This document shows positions 1 to 9,838 of a DNA stretch of 64,000 nucleotides, in pieces. The notes under the pieces were generated by a model that saw nothing but the letters and a program-made list of their open reading frames with translations, had not been told where the DNA came from and did not search any database. Position 1 is the stretch's first letter; each line of letters opens with the position of its first letter. A program made the position numbers and the translations under genes. The DNA comes from an uncultured Methanoregulaceae archaeon (GTDB taxonomy: Archaea; Halobacteriota; Methanomicrobia; Methanomicrobiales; Methanospirillaceae): assembly GCA_963717525.1 (NCBI GenBank), contig OY970343.1, positions 1,600,001 through 1,664,000 of the forward strand, written 5' to 3'.

Positions 1-97
1 AAGAATTGTTGTCCTGCCCGACCAGGAAAGTGTCCGGACCGCCCTGTAACGCCGGTGTTCCTGCGGGTTTTCTGCGGAAAAATAACAGAGATTCCGG

Positions 98-517
98 TCA
101 GGCCTTGCGAGTTGTGGCAAAGATAAAGCCGATCACTTTTTCAAGAGCCGAAATTAGGTCCTCTTCAGATTTCATGTAATCGTGCATGCCCTGGTACAGC
201 ATGAACATGATATCGTACCCGTATGTATCGATCGCGCCCTTCGGATCGATCGGATTGAGGAACGAGTCCGTGAGAAAGCCGTCGGAGCTATACATAAGTT
301 CATAGAATATGCCCCGTTCTGAAAGGACACAGAACTGGTCGGAGATCTTTTTTGTGGGGTCGTCAGGGCGGAGGGGGGCCGGCTCGCACTTCCCAAGGAC
401 GATCATCTTCTCGTTATAGTAATTGGGGTGGTAAAGCTCGCCTTTGGTATCCTGCTTTCCGATCTTGAGCAGTTTGAGGCCGACGGATTTGACCACCGGT
501 TTTGCCATGACTGCCAT
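98..517 (-). CDS. Hypothetical protein
   Basis: 139-aa ORF with normal globular composition; GGAG-like SD (CCTGGGG/GAGG region) upstream on the minus strand; no recognised motif. Confidence 0.6.
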   Translation of the reverse strand: MAVMAKPVVKSVGLKLLKIGKQDTKGELYHPNYYNEKMIVLGKCEPAPLRPDDPTKKISDQFCVLSERGIFYELMYSSDGFLTDSFLNPIDPKGAIDTYGYDIMFMLYQGMHDYMKSEEDLISALEKVIGFIFATTRKA

Positions 518-698
518 GCGCCCCAGGAGTTCGCTGTCATGGGTACTGTACCTCTTCGGATAGCCGGGCGTCCGTCTTTTTCATGTCCTCAATCTTTTCC
601 ATTATTTTCGTAAACCCGGCTTCGATCTCATCCATAGTATATCACCATAATCCGCCAGCTGGCGTAAAACAAGAATAGTTTATGTTCCGGCTATAAAA

Positions 699-1997
699 TC
701 ACTCGTCTCTGCCGGCCATCGCACTCAAAGCAGGACCCCGGGAGACGGGGCTCCCCATAAAAAAGTACTTCCGGTCTTTTTTCAGGCATACCTCTGCCTC
801 AGTCCCGACCGGGAGGTCTTGCCCGATGACGACACCCTGGTAGGACGCGGTCCGTGCCATGACCGAGCCGGCTCGGAGTTTTTCTGTCACGACGCAGGAA
901 ACTGTCGTTCCAAGAAGAGGGAGGTTGAGAGCGCTATACTGTTCTTCCGCATGTGCATTGAGGAGCCGGGACCGGTCTTTTTTTACCGAGTCCGGAAAGT
1001 CCTTTTTCTCGAACGGCCCGGTGAACGGCCGTTGTGAATACCTCGTGACATTGACCTTGGCAGGTTTCAGGCGCCCGACAAGGGCAAGGGACCGGGAAAA
1101 GTCCTCTTCAGTCTCCCCGGGGAACCCGACAATAAAATCCGTCGCGATGCTGATGTCGGGATACTTCCTGCGGAAGGCAGAGACGATCTCCTCAAACTCC
1201 CGCACGGTGTAATCCCTTCCCATCCGTTTAAGGATGTCATCGGAGCCCGACTGGACCGGCAGGTGAACGAACCGGAAGAGCCGGTCGCTCTCAAATGCGT
1301 CCACCAGTTCACCGAGGATGCCGCCAGCGGTCGCCGGGTTCATCATCCCGACCCGGATGCGGAAGTTTCCCGGGAGGGAACACAGGTCTGACAGGAGATC
1401 CGGGAGCGTTTGTCCGGTATCCCTCCCCCACGCGCTGGTATCCTGTGCGGTCAGCTGGATCTCGTATGCGCCTGCTTCGATGAACGTCCGAACTTTCTTT
1501 CGGATCTCCCCAGCCGGGAAACTTACAAGCTGCCCCCGCGCCGTGCGCGTGATGCAGTACGTGCATCGCCCGAGGCAGCCCTGTGCGATCTGGACGATGC
1601 CCACATGTTCCGGGGCAACGGTCTGCACAGAACGGTAGGCCTCGCGGATCGCGTCCGGGGATATGATCACCGGCGAACAGACCGCAAAGATCGCCTCGCG
1701 CTGGACAAGCGGCATGCAGCCGGTGACAAAGAGCAGTTTTTCCCGCAGGGCAGCAAGACGCCGGAGCATCCGGCGCTCCGTGGGGCCGACCACCGTGCAG
1801 GTATTAATGACGACCGCATCTGCCCGGTCCGGGGAGGGAACGCAGGTACTTCCGTACCGTTTGAGCACCTCCACGAGGTTCGCCGTGTCCCCGAAGTTGT
1901 AACGGCAGCCGTAGGTCTCGATATAGACCCGTTTTTTTGCCAGCGCGGCAAACACGTCCTTCGTATCAGGGCCGGGATCCCCGGATCTCTCTTCCAT
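699..1997 (-). CDS. MiaB/MtaB-family radical SAM tRNA methylthiotransferase (probably t6A37 methylthiotransferase)
   Basis: N-terminal ETYGC..N and VINTCTV, radical SAM CxxxCxxC (GCLGRCTYC), HLPVQSGSD, DFIVGFPGET, C-terminal TRAM-like region; start placed at ATG 1997 (2009 also possible). Confidence 0.9.
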   Translation of the reverse strand: MEERSGDPGPDTKDVFAALAKKRVYIETYGCRYNFGDTANLVEVLKRYGSTCVPSPDRADAVVINTCTVVGPTERRMLRRLAALREKLLFVTGCMPLVQREAIFAVCSPVIISPDAIREAYRSVQTVAPEHVGIVQIAQGCLGRCTYCITRTARGQLVSFPAGEIRKKVRTFIEAGAYEIQLTAQDTSAWGRDTGQTLPDLLSDLCSLPGNFRIRVGMMNPATAGGILGELVDAFESDRLFRFVHLPVQSGSDDILKRMGRDYTVREFEEIVSAFRRKYPDISIATDFIVGFPGETEEDFSRSLALVGRLKPAKVNVTRYSQRPFTGPFEKKDFPDSVKKDRSRLLNAHAEEQYSALNLPLLGTTVSCVVTEKLRAGSVMARTASYQGVVIGQDLPVGTEAEVCLKKDRKYFFMGSPVSRGPALSAMAGRDE

Positions 1998-2124
1998 GTA
2001 TCTCTCCATATCTTTTGGACCCGGAGCAGTTAAAAGTGGTTTTCCCCGAAGATGGCGCCCCTTTTTCCTTATGGCGTTTCCCTGAGGATAACCATTAATC
2101 CATGACGCCCATAACCTGTTTACC

Positions 2125-2883
2125 ATGTTACGGATCGGGCTGCTGGGCTGCGGCAATATCGGGCATATCATCGCCCGGCACGCAGACGGGTTTGTAATCC
2201 CTGCAGTCTATGATACCATCCCCGAACGGGCCCGGGAGATCGCAGGCCTCTGCCAGGGAACGGCATACGGGGATTTTGCAGCGTTCCTGAACGCGGATAC
2301 CGGTATTGTGGTCGAAGCAGCATCAGTCGGCGCCGCACGGGCGCATGCACAAGAGATTCTCCTGCACAAAAAGAATCTCGTGATCATGAGCGTGGGGGCG
2401 CTTACCGATCCAGCGTTCAGGGATGACCTCGTGGCCATCGCACGAAGGACCGGGACAAAGATCTACGTCCCGAGCGGGGCAATATTCGGGTTGGACAACC
2501 TGAAGATCGGGCAGATCTCCCCGATCTCAAAACTGCTCCTGAAAACCACCAAAAGCCCGCAGTCGCTGGGTCTAGGCGTGACTACCCGGCAGCGGATCTT
2601 CTCCGGCAAAGCGCACGAGTGTATCAAGTCGTATCCCAAGAACGTGAATGTCTCCGTCGCCATGGGCCTTGCTGCCGGGCAGGATGCGGACGTGGAACTC
2701 TGGGTGGATCCTGCAGCGGACAAGAACGTCCACGAACTCTTCATCGAGGGAGATTTCGGCGAAACCTATATCAGGGTGACCAACGTGCCCAGTCCTGAGA
2801 ACCCGGCGACCAGTTACCTTGCGGCACTCTCCATCCTGTCGCTCCTGAAAAATATCGACAGCCCGCTGGTTATCGGGACATGA
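2125..2883 (+). CDS. nadX: L-aspartate dehydrogenase
   Basis: GCGNIG Rossmann motif, VVEAAS, SGAIFGLD, PKNVNV, NPATSYLA; adjacent to nadC. Confidence 0.92.
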   Translation: MLRIGLLGCGNIGHIIARHADGFVIPAVYDTIPERAREIAGLCQGTAYGDFAAFLNADTGIVVEAASVGAARAHAQEILLHKKNLVIMSVGALTDPAFRDDLVAIARRTGTKIYVPSGAIFGLDNLKIGQISPISKLLLKTTKSPQSLGLGVTTRQRIFSGKAHECIKSYPKNVNVSVAMGLAAGQDADVELWVDPAADKNVHELFIEGDFGETYIRVTNVPSPENPATSYLAALSILSLLKNIDSPLVIGT

Positions 2884-2902
2884 GAGGGAAAGGGGATCCG
2901 CC

Positions 2903-3733
2903 ATGGTACCTTTGGAATACCTGCTCAGATTCATTGATGAGGACGCACCTTCAGGTGACCTGACTTCAGAATCCATCATTCCCGAAGTGTCCTGCCGTGC
3001 GGTTATCCGGGCCGAGCAGGACGGTGTCGCTGCAGGACTTGAAGAAGCCGGGGCACTCTTTTCCTATTTCAGGGTGGACGTGCGGCAGGAGATCGGCGAC
3101 GGCAAGACGGTAAAGGCCGGGGACGTCCTCCTCTCGCTCTCGGGCCCGGCAAAGAAGATCCTCCTTGTGGAACGTACCGCGCTCAACATCATCGGCAGGA
3201 TGAGCGGGATTGCCACGCAGACAAGAACCATGGCAGACCTGGTGCGGGCTGAAAATCCCCGCTGCCGGGTGGCAGGGACGCGCAAGACCTGCCCGGGCCT
3301 GCGGGAGCTGGACAAAAAAGCGGTTGTTCTGGGTGGAGGCGATCCCCACCGGTCGGGCCTGAGCGATGGCGTGCTAATCAAGGACAACCACCTTGTTCTG
3401 GTGCCGGTCAACGAAGCGATCGCGCGGGCAAAGGCGGCAGGCGCCTGCCGGAAGATTGAGATCGAGGTGGAGACCGCCGGAGACGCCGTTGCGGCCGCAC
3501 GGGCAGGCGCCGATATCCTGCTGTTCGATAACATGACTCCTGACAGTGTCCGGAAAACCATCGGCAATCTCAAGGAAGCCGGGCTCCGGGACCGGGTCAC
3601 CATCGAACTCTCGGGGGGCATTACTGCAGGAACCATCAGGGAGTACGCGCAGACCGGCGCCGACCTGATCAGCCTTGGCGCACTCACCCATACGGTCAGG
3701 AATTTTTCGGTAACGCTGGAGATCCTGGAGTAG
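2903..3733 (+). CDS. nadC: Nicotinate-nucleotide pyrophosphorylase (quinolinate phosphoribosyltransferase)
   Basis: ERTALN, TRKT.PG, HR.GLSD.VLIKDNH, EIEVE, DN motifs. Confidence 0.95.
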   Translation: MVPLEYLLRFIDEDAPSGDLTSESIIPEVSCRAVIRAEQDGVAAGLEEAGALFSYFRVDVRQEIGDGKTVKAGDVLLSLSGPAKKILLVERTALNIIGRMSGIATQTRTMADLVRAENPRCRVAGTRKTCPGLRELDKKAVVLGGGDPHRSGLSDGVLIKDNHLVLVPVNEAIARAKAAGACRKIEIEVETAGDAVAAARAGADILLFDNMTPDSVRKTIGNLKEAGLRDRVTIELSGGITAGTIREYAQTGADLISLGALTHTVRNFSVTLEILE

Positions 3734-3808
3734 TCTTTTTTTCCGATGGATACCGGAAGCATGCGATCCAGCATGCTGAAACCCACGTCAAAATGTTAAT
3801 TACCCCTT

Positions 3809-4402
3809 ATGGCATACGGTGGGCCTGAGGAGCACGGGATGGAAAATCCAGGGGCACCCGCAGTGGTACCGCTTCAGGAAGAGCCACCGACACCGGAAGA
3901 GTTAGCCGCGCGTGAAGAGAACCGCAGGCTGCGGGTACAGGAATATATCCGGCTGCTCAAAAGCGAATATCTTCATTTTCGCTGGCATGCGGCGGAGGCG
4001 CTCGGTGAGGAAGAGGATCCGGCAGCGATCGGGCCGCTTATCGAGGCACTCAGGGACCCGTACGTGGATGTTGCATGGCTTGCGGCAAAATCGCTGGGGA
4101 TGATCGGGGATCTCCGGGCGGTCGAACCTCTCCTTGCACTCCTGGCATCCAATGAAAAATGGCTCCGTACAGGCGCCGCGTGGGGGCTTGGAAGTCTCCG
4201 GGACAAGCGTGCAGTCGATTCTCTGATCCTGCTCCTGTCCGATCCAAAGCACGGGGTCAGGAAGACGGCCGCATGGGCACTGGGGGAGTGCGGGGATGAC
4301 CGCGCCATACCGGCACTGACTGGTGCACTCAAAGATCCCGATGCCGGTGTCCGCGCAGCGGCACAGGAAGCGCTTGACACTCTTGCGAAGACGAAACCGT
4401 AA
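3809..4402 (+). CDS. HEAT-repeat (PBS lyase HEAT-like) protein
   Basis: Repeated R..AA.ALG...D.RA..PL...L.D units. Confidence 0.85.
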   Translation: MAYGGPEEHGMENPGAPAVVPLQEEPPTPEELAAREENRRLRVQEYIRLLKSEYLHFRWHAAEALGEEEDPAAIGPLIEALRDPYVDVAWLAAKSLGMIGDLRAVEPLLALLASNEKWLRTGAAWGLGSLRDKRAVDSLILLLSDPKHGVRKTAAWALGECGDDRAIPALTGALKDPDAGVRAAAQEALDTLAKTKP

Positions 4403-4456
4403 TCGCTGCAGCAATACAATAACAGGCGCGCATAAGCGGGCAAACAACCGGGTACG

Positions 4457-4821
4457 TTACCGGATTTCCTGGATATCATCCGCCGAGCCGATGACGATCT
4501 CTTTTTCCCCCGGTATGTCTGGACGGTCCCGTAGAGTGAAACGGTCGTCCCGCTGGCAAAGGCCTGATCACCGGCAACGGTGGCAGGAACAAAAACGGTA
4601 ACATTATTGACCGAGAGCACTACATGGCCGCCGTTTGAAAGAACAGTTACCTGGTCGATGGTGCCCGACAGGCTGACCAGCGTCCCGTCAGCCGACTGAT
4701 CGGTGTATGCCGATGCAAACGGCCCTTTCCCGATGTGGACGAGCACGATATGGGCAAGAATGACGGCAACGGCAACCGCGATCAACAGCAGGATCGCAAC
4801 CCGCTCCTGGCGGCCAAACAT
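4457..4821 (-). CDS. Membrane-anchored OB-fold nucleic-acid-binding-like protein (1-nt frameshift at ~4502-4511)
   Basis: N-terminal TM helix, then V.G.V..Y.G..EI OB-fold ending; adding one base in the T5/C5 run gives ..YRG.KEIVIGSADDIQEIR-stop. Confidence 0.65.
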
Positions 4822-4891
4822 ACGTGATGGTTGAAACCGGGGATATAAATTACCGACAGGTTGATATGTTAACACTGTTAACATTATCATC

Positions 4892-5137
4892 ATGTATCAG
4901 CATACCTTACCACCCTCCTCAAAGACGGTACTGGAGATACTGGGCACCGGTGGTGCCATGACCCACAAAGACCTAGTCAAGAAAAGCCGGCTCGCACCGC
5001 GGACCGTAAGATACGCCTTAAAAAAACTCAAAGAGCGTCACCTCATCATCGAGAAGTTCAACTTCCGGGATGCGCGACAGATCATCTACCAGAACAGGCC
5101 CGTTATCACCCCTGAGTCCCAACCGGCACTCGTATGA
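4892..5137 (+). CDS. Winged-HTH DNA-binding protein (MarR/ArsR-like)
   Basis: MTHKDLVKKSRLAPRTVRYALKKL HTH followed by wing. Confidence 0.8.
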   Translation: MYQHTLPPSSKTVLEILGTGGAMTHKDLVKKSRLAPRTVRYALKKLKERHLIIEKFNFRDARQIIYQNRPVITPESQPALV

Positions 5138-5442
5138 CGAAGCACACCTGCACGCTCATGCACTGCGACAGCATGGTCAGAAACCTCCTGCCCCCCATGC
5201 GGGCGGAGATGGTATGCCGGCTTGTCAATGACCAGGGCCTCAGCCAGAGCGATGCAGCGAAGAGACTGGGTGTCACCCGCGCTGCGGTATCCCAGTACCT
5301 GAGCAGGAAGAGAGGGTACGGGGCGATTGAACTGTCCTCTGAACTCGACGCGATGATCGATCGCTGGGCGCTTGCCGTAATTACCGGAGAAAGCGACATC
5401 AATCTCTGCGATGTGTGCCAGTGCGCACTTAAAAAATTCTAA
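5134..5442 (+). CDS. Predicted XRE-type HTH transcriptional regulator with C-terminal CxxC
   Basis: GLSQSDAAKRLGVTRAAVSQYLSRKRG HTH; C-terminal LCDVC; ATGA overlap with the upstream gene. Confidence 0.85.
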   Translation: MTKHTCTLMHCDSMVRNLLPPMRAEMVCRLVNDQGLSQSDAAKRLGVTRAAVSQYLSRKRGYGAIELSSELDAMIDRWALAVITGESDINLCDVCQCALKKF

Positions 5443-5547
5443 AAAATCTCCAATGGCACTCGGCCACTTGCCGGTTCTGACAGCCGGTTTTTGTTTTTGT
5501 GGATGTTACCGACGAGCCCCGGTGCTCCCTGATGAGATATAACCCGA

Positions 5548-7218
5548 CTACCGGATGTGCCGCCGGTAATACAGGACCATGAGCAGGCCGATAACCGTCG
5601 CAACACCGGCAATTTTCAGGTAATCCATTGAGGGTTGCGGCGAGCGCACCGCAGGGCTCCAGTCTGCATCGAATACCGCACGGAAATACACCGCCACCTC
5701 CGGCTGCTCGATGATGACGCCGGCTTCCCGGTTGAACCCGGGGGAGTTGGTGTTCCAGTTGATGCTGCTCACCAGCACCTCACGATCATCAACAATAACT
5801 CCCTTGTTATGGATTTTCTCTAAACCACTTGCTGCAAGATTGGCGCAACGCGCTTCAAGCGGCAGATGTTCGATAGCAGCGATCCGGTTGATGAGCGCCA
5901 CCATCTCATCGTTGTCCGCCTCATCTGCCGTGTTATACCAGTAGGAATCGAGGAGAATCCGTACATGCACCCCGCGCCGCGAGGCATTGATCGAGGTTGC
6001 GAGGTAGGGGTTCAGGCCGGTCTTCGATTCGTTGGTTATATACGCCTGCTGGATCTCGATACTTTCCTGTGCAGAATCCAGCAGTCCGGTGACAGCACTG
6101 CTGGTATCCGGGGCGATGACCGGCGTCACCCGCGCACCATTAAAGGTTTTAGGTGTGACCGGCGACGGATAAGGGATTACACGATATGCCTCCGCCGGCC
6201 CCTCGCTCCCATATACGGGAACAATTGCCGGACCACCGGTATCGATCAGGTACATGTCCTTAAAATACGTCGCAAGACCAGGATCTTCAAGGTAGACCCC
6301 CCACCCCCGGTTCCCGGCCTCCCCTTCCGGGGGAAAACCACTGTGCCCGAAATTTTCGCTGGTCAGGAGAACAGCTACGTCATCGAAGACTACATACTTT
6401 GCATGATCGTACCGGTACGGCGCATGCCCTCCTTCCGGTGCAGCCATCTCGTATACCGGGATCCCGCTCTGGTTCAGCCGGAAAATTGCCGCTTTTTCTT
6501 CGGCGCTGATACCGCCTACCGGACCTCCTTCGAGAAGGACTTCCACATCCACCCCGCGCTTCTCCGCACCGATCAGGGCGGCCGTGATATTGGCGCTTGA
6601 GAGTTCGTAGACATTTACCAGCACCCGGTGCTGTGCCGATGCGACCGCGCTGGAAAATATATCGAGAGAGCAGTCCGGGGAGACAAAAGCGGTAACTGTC
6701 ACATTTTCAAAAGTCACCGGTAAAAGCCGCGACTGCCCGAGCATGAGCGGCCGGGGATCCCAGACGCCGTTTTCGAGGAAATGCACCTGTCCCTGCCGGG
6801 GGCTGACATCCCCGGGCCAGCTGATCTTCTGAACGAGCCGGCTGTTCTCGTAGACCAGCAGTTCGTCACGGGAATTTGCCAGGCGCAGTGTCCCGCGGGA
6901 GATAACATCCGGCACCTGCGGGGAATGGTCCTGCCATTCAAAATCCGGGAGACTCCCGTGGGTCTTTTCAAACGCCGGTCCATCCCGTGCGACCGTCAGG
7001 GTGCCATTCATGAAAGTACCGTCAGGAAACCGGAAGCTGCCATGGTTATCGGCTATGGCAACGCCATCAAGAGACCCGATGCCTGACAGTACCACGTATT
7101 CGTCCGCATCATCGGCAAGGTAGGGATCCGGGCAGAATTCGATGATCTGTACGGCACCGCAGGATACGACGCAGAGACAGAGAAACATGAAGACGGAGAG
7201 GGAGCGTGAAAAAGACAC
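5548..7218 (-). CDS. Secreted/membrane-anchored phospholipase D-family protein with N-terminal lamin-tail-like domain
   Basis: Two HKD motifs (HAKYVVFD, HNKGVIVD), signal peptide, IIEFCPDP..EYVVL N-domain, C-terminal TM plus basic tail; GTG start is an estimate. Confidence 0.85.
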   Translation of the reverse strand: MSFSRSLSVFMFLCLCVVSCGAVQIIEFCPDPYLADDADEYVVLSGIGSLDGVAIADNHGSFRFPDGTFMNGTLTVARDGPAFEKTHGSLPDFEWQDHSPQVPDVISRGTLRLANSRDELLVYENSRLVQKISWPGDVSPRQGQVHFLENGVWDPRPLMLGQSRLLPVTFENVTVTAFVSPDCSLDIFSSAVASAQHRVLVNVYELSSANITAALIGAEKRGVDVEVLLEGGPVGGISAEEKAAIFRLNQSGIPVYEMAAPEGGHAPYRYDHAKYVVFDDVAVLLTSENFGHSGFPPEGEAGNRGWGVYLEDPGLATYFKDMYLIDTGGPAIVPVYGSEGPAEAYRVIPYPSPVTPKTFNGARVTPVIAPDTSSAVTGLLDSAQESIEIQQAYITNESKTGLNPYLATSINASRRGVHVRILLDSYWYNTADEADNDEMVALINRIAAIEHLPLEARCANLAASGLEKIHNKGVIVDDREVLVSSINWNTNSPGFNREAGVIIEQPEVAVYFRAVFDADWSPAVRSPQPSMDYLKIAGVATVIGLLMVLYYRRHIR

Positions 7219-7261
7219 GGTATCTTCCCTTTTTATAATCAGGGAATATAACCCTTGGGAA

Positions 7262-7888
7262 ATGAGAGTGCAGGCACAGCACGGGAAGAACATAAAAAAG
7301 TCACCCGTCACGGTGGTGAAATTAGGCGGCAGCCTTGCACCACATGCAGGAGAGATCATCCCGGCCCTGCGATCTGCCTCCCGCCCCCTGCTGATCGTCC
7401 CGGGGGGCGGGGCATTTGCCGATGCAGTCCGGCAGTCGGGGGCAGATGAGGTTGCTGCCCACTGGATGGCGTGCGCTGCGATGGACCAGTACGGGTGGAC
7501 ACTCGCTGCCAGGGGAATAGGAACAACAACGCGGATCGCACGCCCCCGTTTTCCGTGCATCCTCCTTCCCTACTGCGCCCTGCGCAGGTACGACCCCCTG
7601 CCCCATTCATGGGACGTAACGTCCGATACCATTGCGGCATGGGTCGCCGGCAAACTCGGGGGCGACCTGCTGGTGCTCAAGTCCGTGGACGGTCTTGAAA
7701 CCGCCGGGAAACTCCTCACCTCTATAGAAAAACCCGTGGCAACCGATGTTGTCGACCCCTGTTTCATTCCCTATGTGCTCGAACACCGGATCAGGACATT
7801 TATCCTCAACGGAACCGACACCACAGGTATCTGCCGGTGGCTTCGCGGGGGGCAGGTTCGCGGGACCGGCATTGGTACAACCTTTTAA
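7262..7888 (+). CDS. Amino-acid-kinase-family protein, MfnE-like (methanofuran biosynthesis kinase)
   Basis: VVKLGGSL, IVPGGG.FAD.VR, AHWMA..AMDQYG, LPHSWDVTSD.IA. Confidence 0.75.
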   Translation: MRVQAQHGKNIKKSPVTVVKLGGSLAPHAGEIIPALRSASRPLLIVPGGGAFADAVRQSGADEVAAHWMACAAMDQYGWTLAARGIGTTTRIARPRFPCILLPYCALRRYDPLPHSWDVTSDTIAAWVAGKLGGDLLVLKSVDGLETAGKLLTSIEKPVATDVVDPCFIPYVLEHRIRTFILNGTDTTGICRWLRGGQVRGTGIGTTF

Positions 7889-7932
7889 AGGTACTAAAAG
7901 AGATACTATAGGAATCCTTACAGGAGCATGTC

Positions 7933-8094
7933 ATGTCAGATAAAAAATGTACGTCCTGCAGCGCTCCGCTTGCAGAAGAGGGCTCAACGGCTTTCGCGTG
8001 CCCCGCATGCGGCGTCGAGATCACCCGGTGCTACCGGTGCAGGGAGCAGAGTATTCCCTACGTCTGCCCGAAATGCGGATTCGGGGGACCGTGA
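7933..8094 (+). CDS. Small zinc-finger protein (DUF1610/HVO_2753-like), 53 aa, absent from the ORF track
   Basis: Hand translation MSDKKCTSC...ACPACG..ITRCYRCRE....YVCPKCGFGGP; four CxxC pairs; SD AGGAG; usual position directly upstream of EF-1beta. Confidence 0.88.
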   Translation: MSDKKCTSCSAPLAEEGSTAFACPACGVEITRCYRCREQSIPYVCPKCGFGGP

Positions 8095-8097
8095 GGC

Positions 8098-8355
8098 ATG
8101 GGGAGCGTAGCCGTAATCGTCAGGGTCATGCCGGAATCACCGGAAGTTGACCTCGAAAAACTCAAACGCGCACTCAAAGAGAAACTGCCCGGCATCCAGG
8201 ACATCCAGGAAGAGCCGATCGGCTTTGGGCTCAAGGCAATCAAGCTTGCCGCGATCGTCAACGATGCCGGCGGCGAAACGGATGCCATCGAGGGGAAGTT
8301 GAACAGTATCCCCGGCGTCGAGCGGGCAGAGATTGTTGAAGTAACGCTCACGTAG
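8098..8355 (+). CDS. ef1b: Elongation factor 1-beta
   Basis: VMPESPEVDLEKL, EEPIGFGLKA motifs. Confidence 0.95.
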   Translation: MGSVAVIVRVMPESPEVDLEKLKRALKEKLPGIQDIQEEPIGFGLKAIKLAAIVNDAGGETDAIEGKLNSIPGVERAEIVEVTLT

Positions 8356-8418
8356 AACCGGGATTTTTTGTATCCCTGTTCCCGCTTTTTTCCATCCGTC
8401 AGAATTTACAAAAAGAGC

Positions 8419-9414
8419 TTATACGCGGGATTTTTTCTGCCGTTTGGGGGCAGGACCTATCTCTTTTTCATTTTCCAGCTGCCCGACAATCTTGTGGATG
8501 GTTTCCCTGATCTTCTCGACGGATTCACGGTAAGCGATAACCTCGGATTCATCGATCCTGATGGTCACCGGGAACGCGCCGTTCTTGTTGATCCGGGCCG
8601 GTACGCCGATACAGACACCGCCAATACCGTGGACCTCGCTTTTCACATACGATGAAACCGTCAGGATCCGGTTCTCATCACCAAGGACGGTCTTTACCAG
8701 CGACGCGATCGCCTCGCCGGGGCCAAATACCGTGGACCCCTTGTTTTTGATGATCTGCTCACCGCTGGACTTCACGGACTGGATGAATTCCTGCACCGGC
8801 AGGTGGGCAAATGCCGGGAGGTTGGAAATCTTGATCCCGCCTATTGTTGTTGCCGACCAGAGCGGTACCATGCTCTCCCCGTGTTCGCCGATAATACGGG
8901 TGTGTACTTCGCTGACGTGCACTTTGAAATAGGTCGCGATCAGCGATTTTAACCGCATCGAATCGAGATGCGTGCCAAGGCCAAAGACCTGGTTTGGTTT
9001 CAAGCCCGAATATTTCAGGGCGACACAGGTCATCACATCAACCGGGTTTGTCACCATGATGATCTTGGTATCCGGTGCAACAGCGCCGATAGTCCGGGCT
9101 ATCGGGGCAACAATCCGCGCATTCCCGAGCGCCAGGTCAAGACGATCCTGGCCCGGTCCGCGGGGAGTGCCCGCCGAAACGACAACGATATCCGAACCGG
9201 CTGCATCCTTGAGGCTGGTTGTCCAGGTGACCCTGATATTTGTCCCCCGGGCCGCAAAGGAGTCGGCAAAGTCCTGGGCGATGCCTTTTAAAAACGCTTC
9301 ACGTCCTTCACGGCCGTACAGCAGGATCTCGTTGACGTGGGGATCGACAGAAACTGCATATGCGGCAAACATACCGACATTGCCAGTTGCACCGATGATG
9401 GTGACTTTCGACAT
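8419..9414 (-). CDS. mdh: LDH-like malate dehydrogenase
   Basis: GATGNVG, AGTPRGPGQDRLDL..N, VTNPVD, LD..R, GEHG. Confidence 0.85.
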   Translation of the reverse strand: MSKVTIIGATGNVGMFAAYAVSVDPHVNEILLYGREGREAFLKGIAQDFADSFAARGTNIRVTWTTSLKDAAGSDIVVVSAGTPRGPGQDRLDLALGNARIVAPIARTIGAVAPDTKIIMVTNPVDVMTCVALKYSGLKPNQVFGLGTHLDSMRLKSLIATYFKVHVSEVHTRIIGEHGESMVPLWSATTIGGIKISNLPAFAHLPVQEFIQSVKSSGEQIIKNKGSTVFGPGEAIASLVKTVLGDENRILTVSSYVKSEVHGIGGVCIGVPARINKNGAFPVTIRIDESEVIAYRESVEKIRETIHKIVGQLENEKEIGPAPKRQKKSRV

Positions 9415-9429
9415 GGTATCACAATAAGC

Positions 9430-9736
9430 GGGGACGTGTTATCGGTCGACTGTACGTTACTCCTTTTGCCAAAGTACTCATCCTCCGCCCCGTTACCCCA
9501 TGGGCGCCGGATGTCTGCGGTAAGTCTGCTCCCTTCCGGGCCTGAACCGGTACCCGCAGCGACAGGTCGCCATTCCCTCCGGAATTTTGATCCCTGGCCA
9601 TCGACCTCATGGGACGAGGTTTCAACGTCAGAATACACAGGCTCCAGCAGATCGTTGCAGCCTTCGTCAAACTTCGCCCCCCGCGTACCGACGGTTTCGG
9701 GTTACAAGTGACGCCGAGCCACCCGGGCTAGTCCCC
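9430..9736 (-). ncRNA. ffs: Archaeal signal recognition particle (7S) RNA
   Basis: Minus strand has helix-8 motif TCAGGCCCGGAAGGGAGCAG, Alu-like 5' domain GGGACTAGCCCGGGTGGCTCGGCG..TGTAACCCG, terminal pairing GGGGAC/GTCCCC, ~307 nt. Confidence 0.92.
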
Positions 9737-9838
9737 ATATAACTTTGTCTGCCGGTCAATAAATCCTTGTCACGCAGGGGACCAATCTCCCCGGGGGATA
9801 TCCGGAAATCCTCTTCGACTCGTCGCGGTACACGTTTT

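Noticed and set aside
3973..4456. 306-aa ORF overlapping the HEAT-repeat gene
   Set aside because: It is a read-through artefact of the frameshift at ~4505. The corrected gene stops at 4457.
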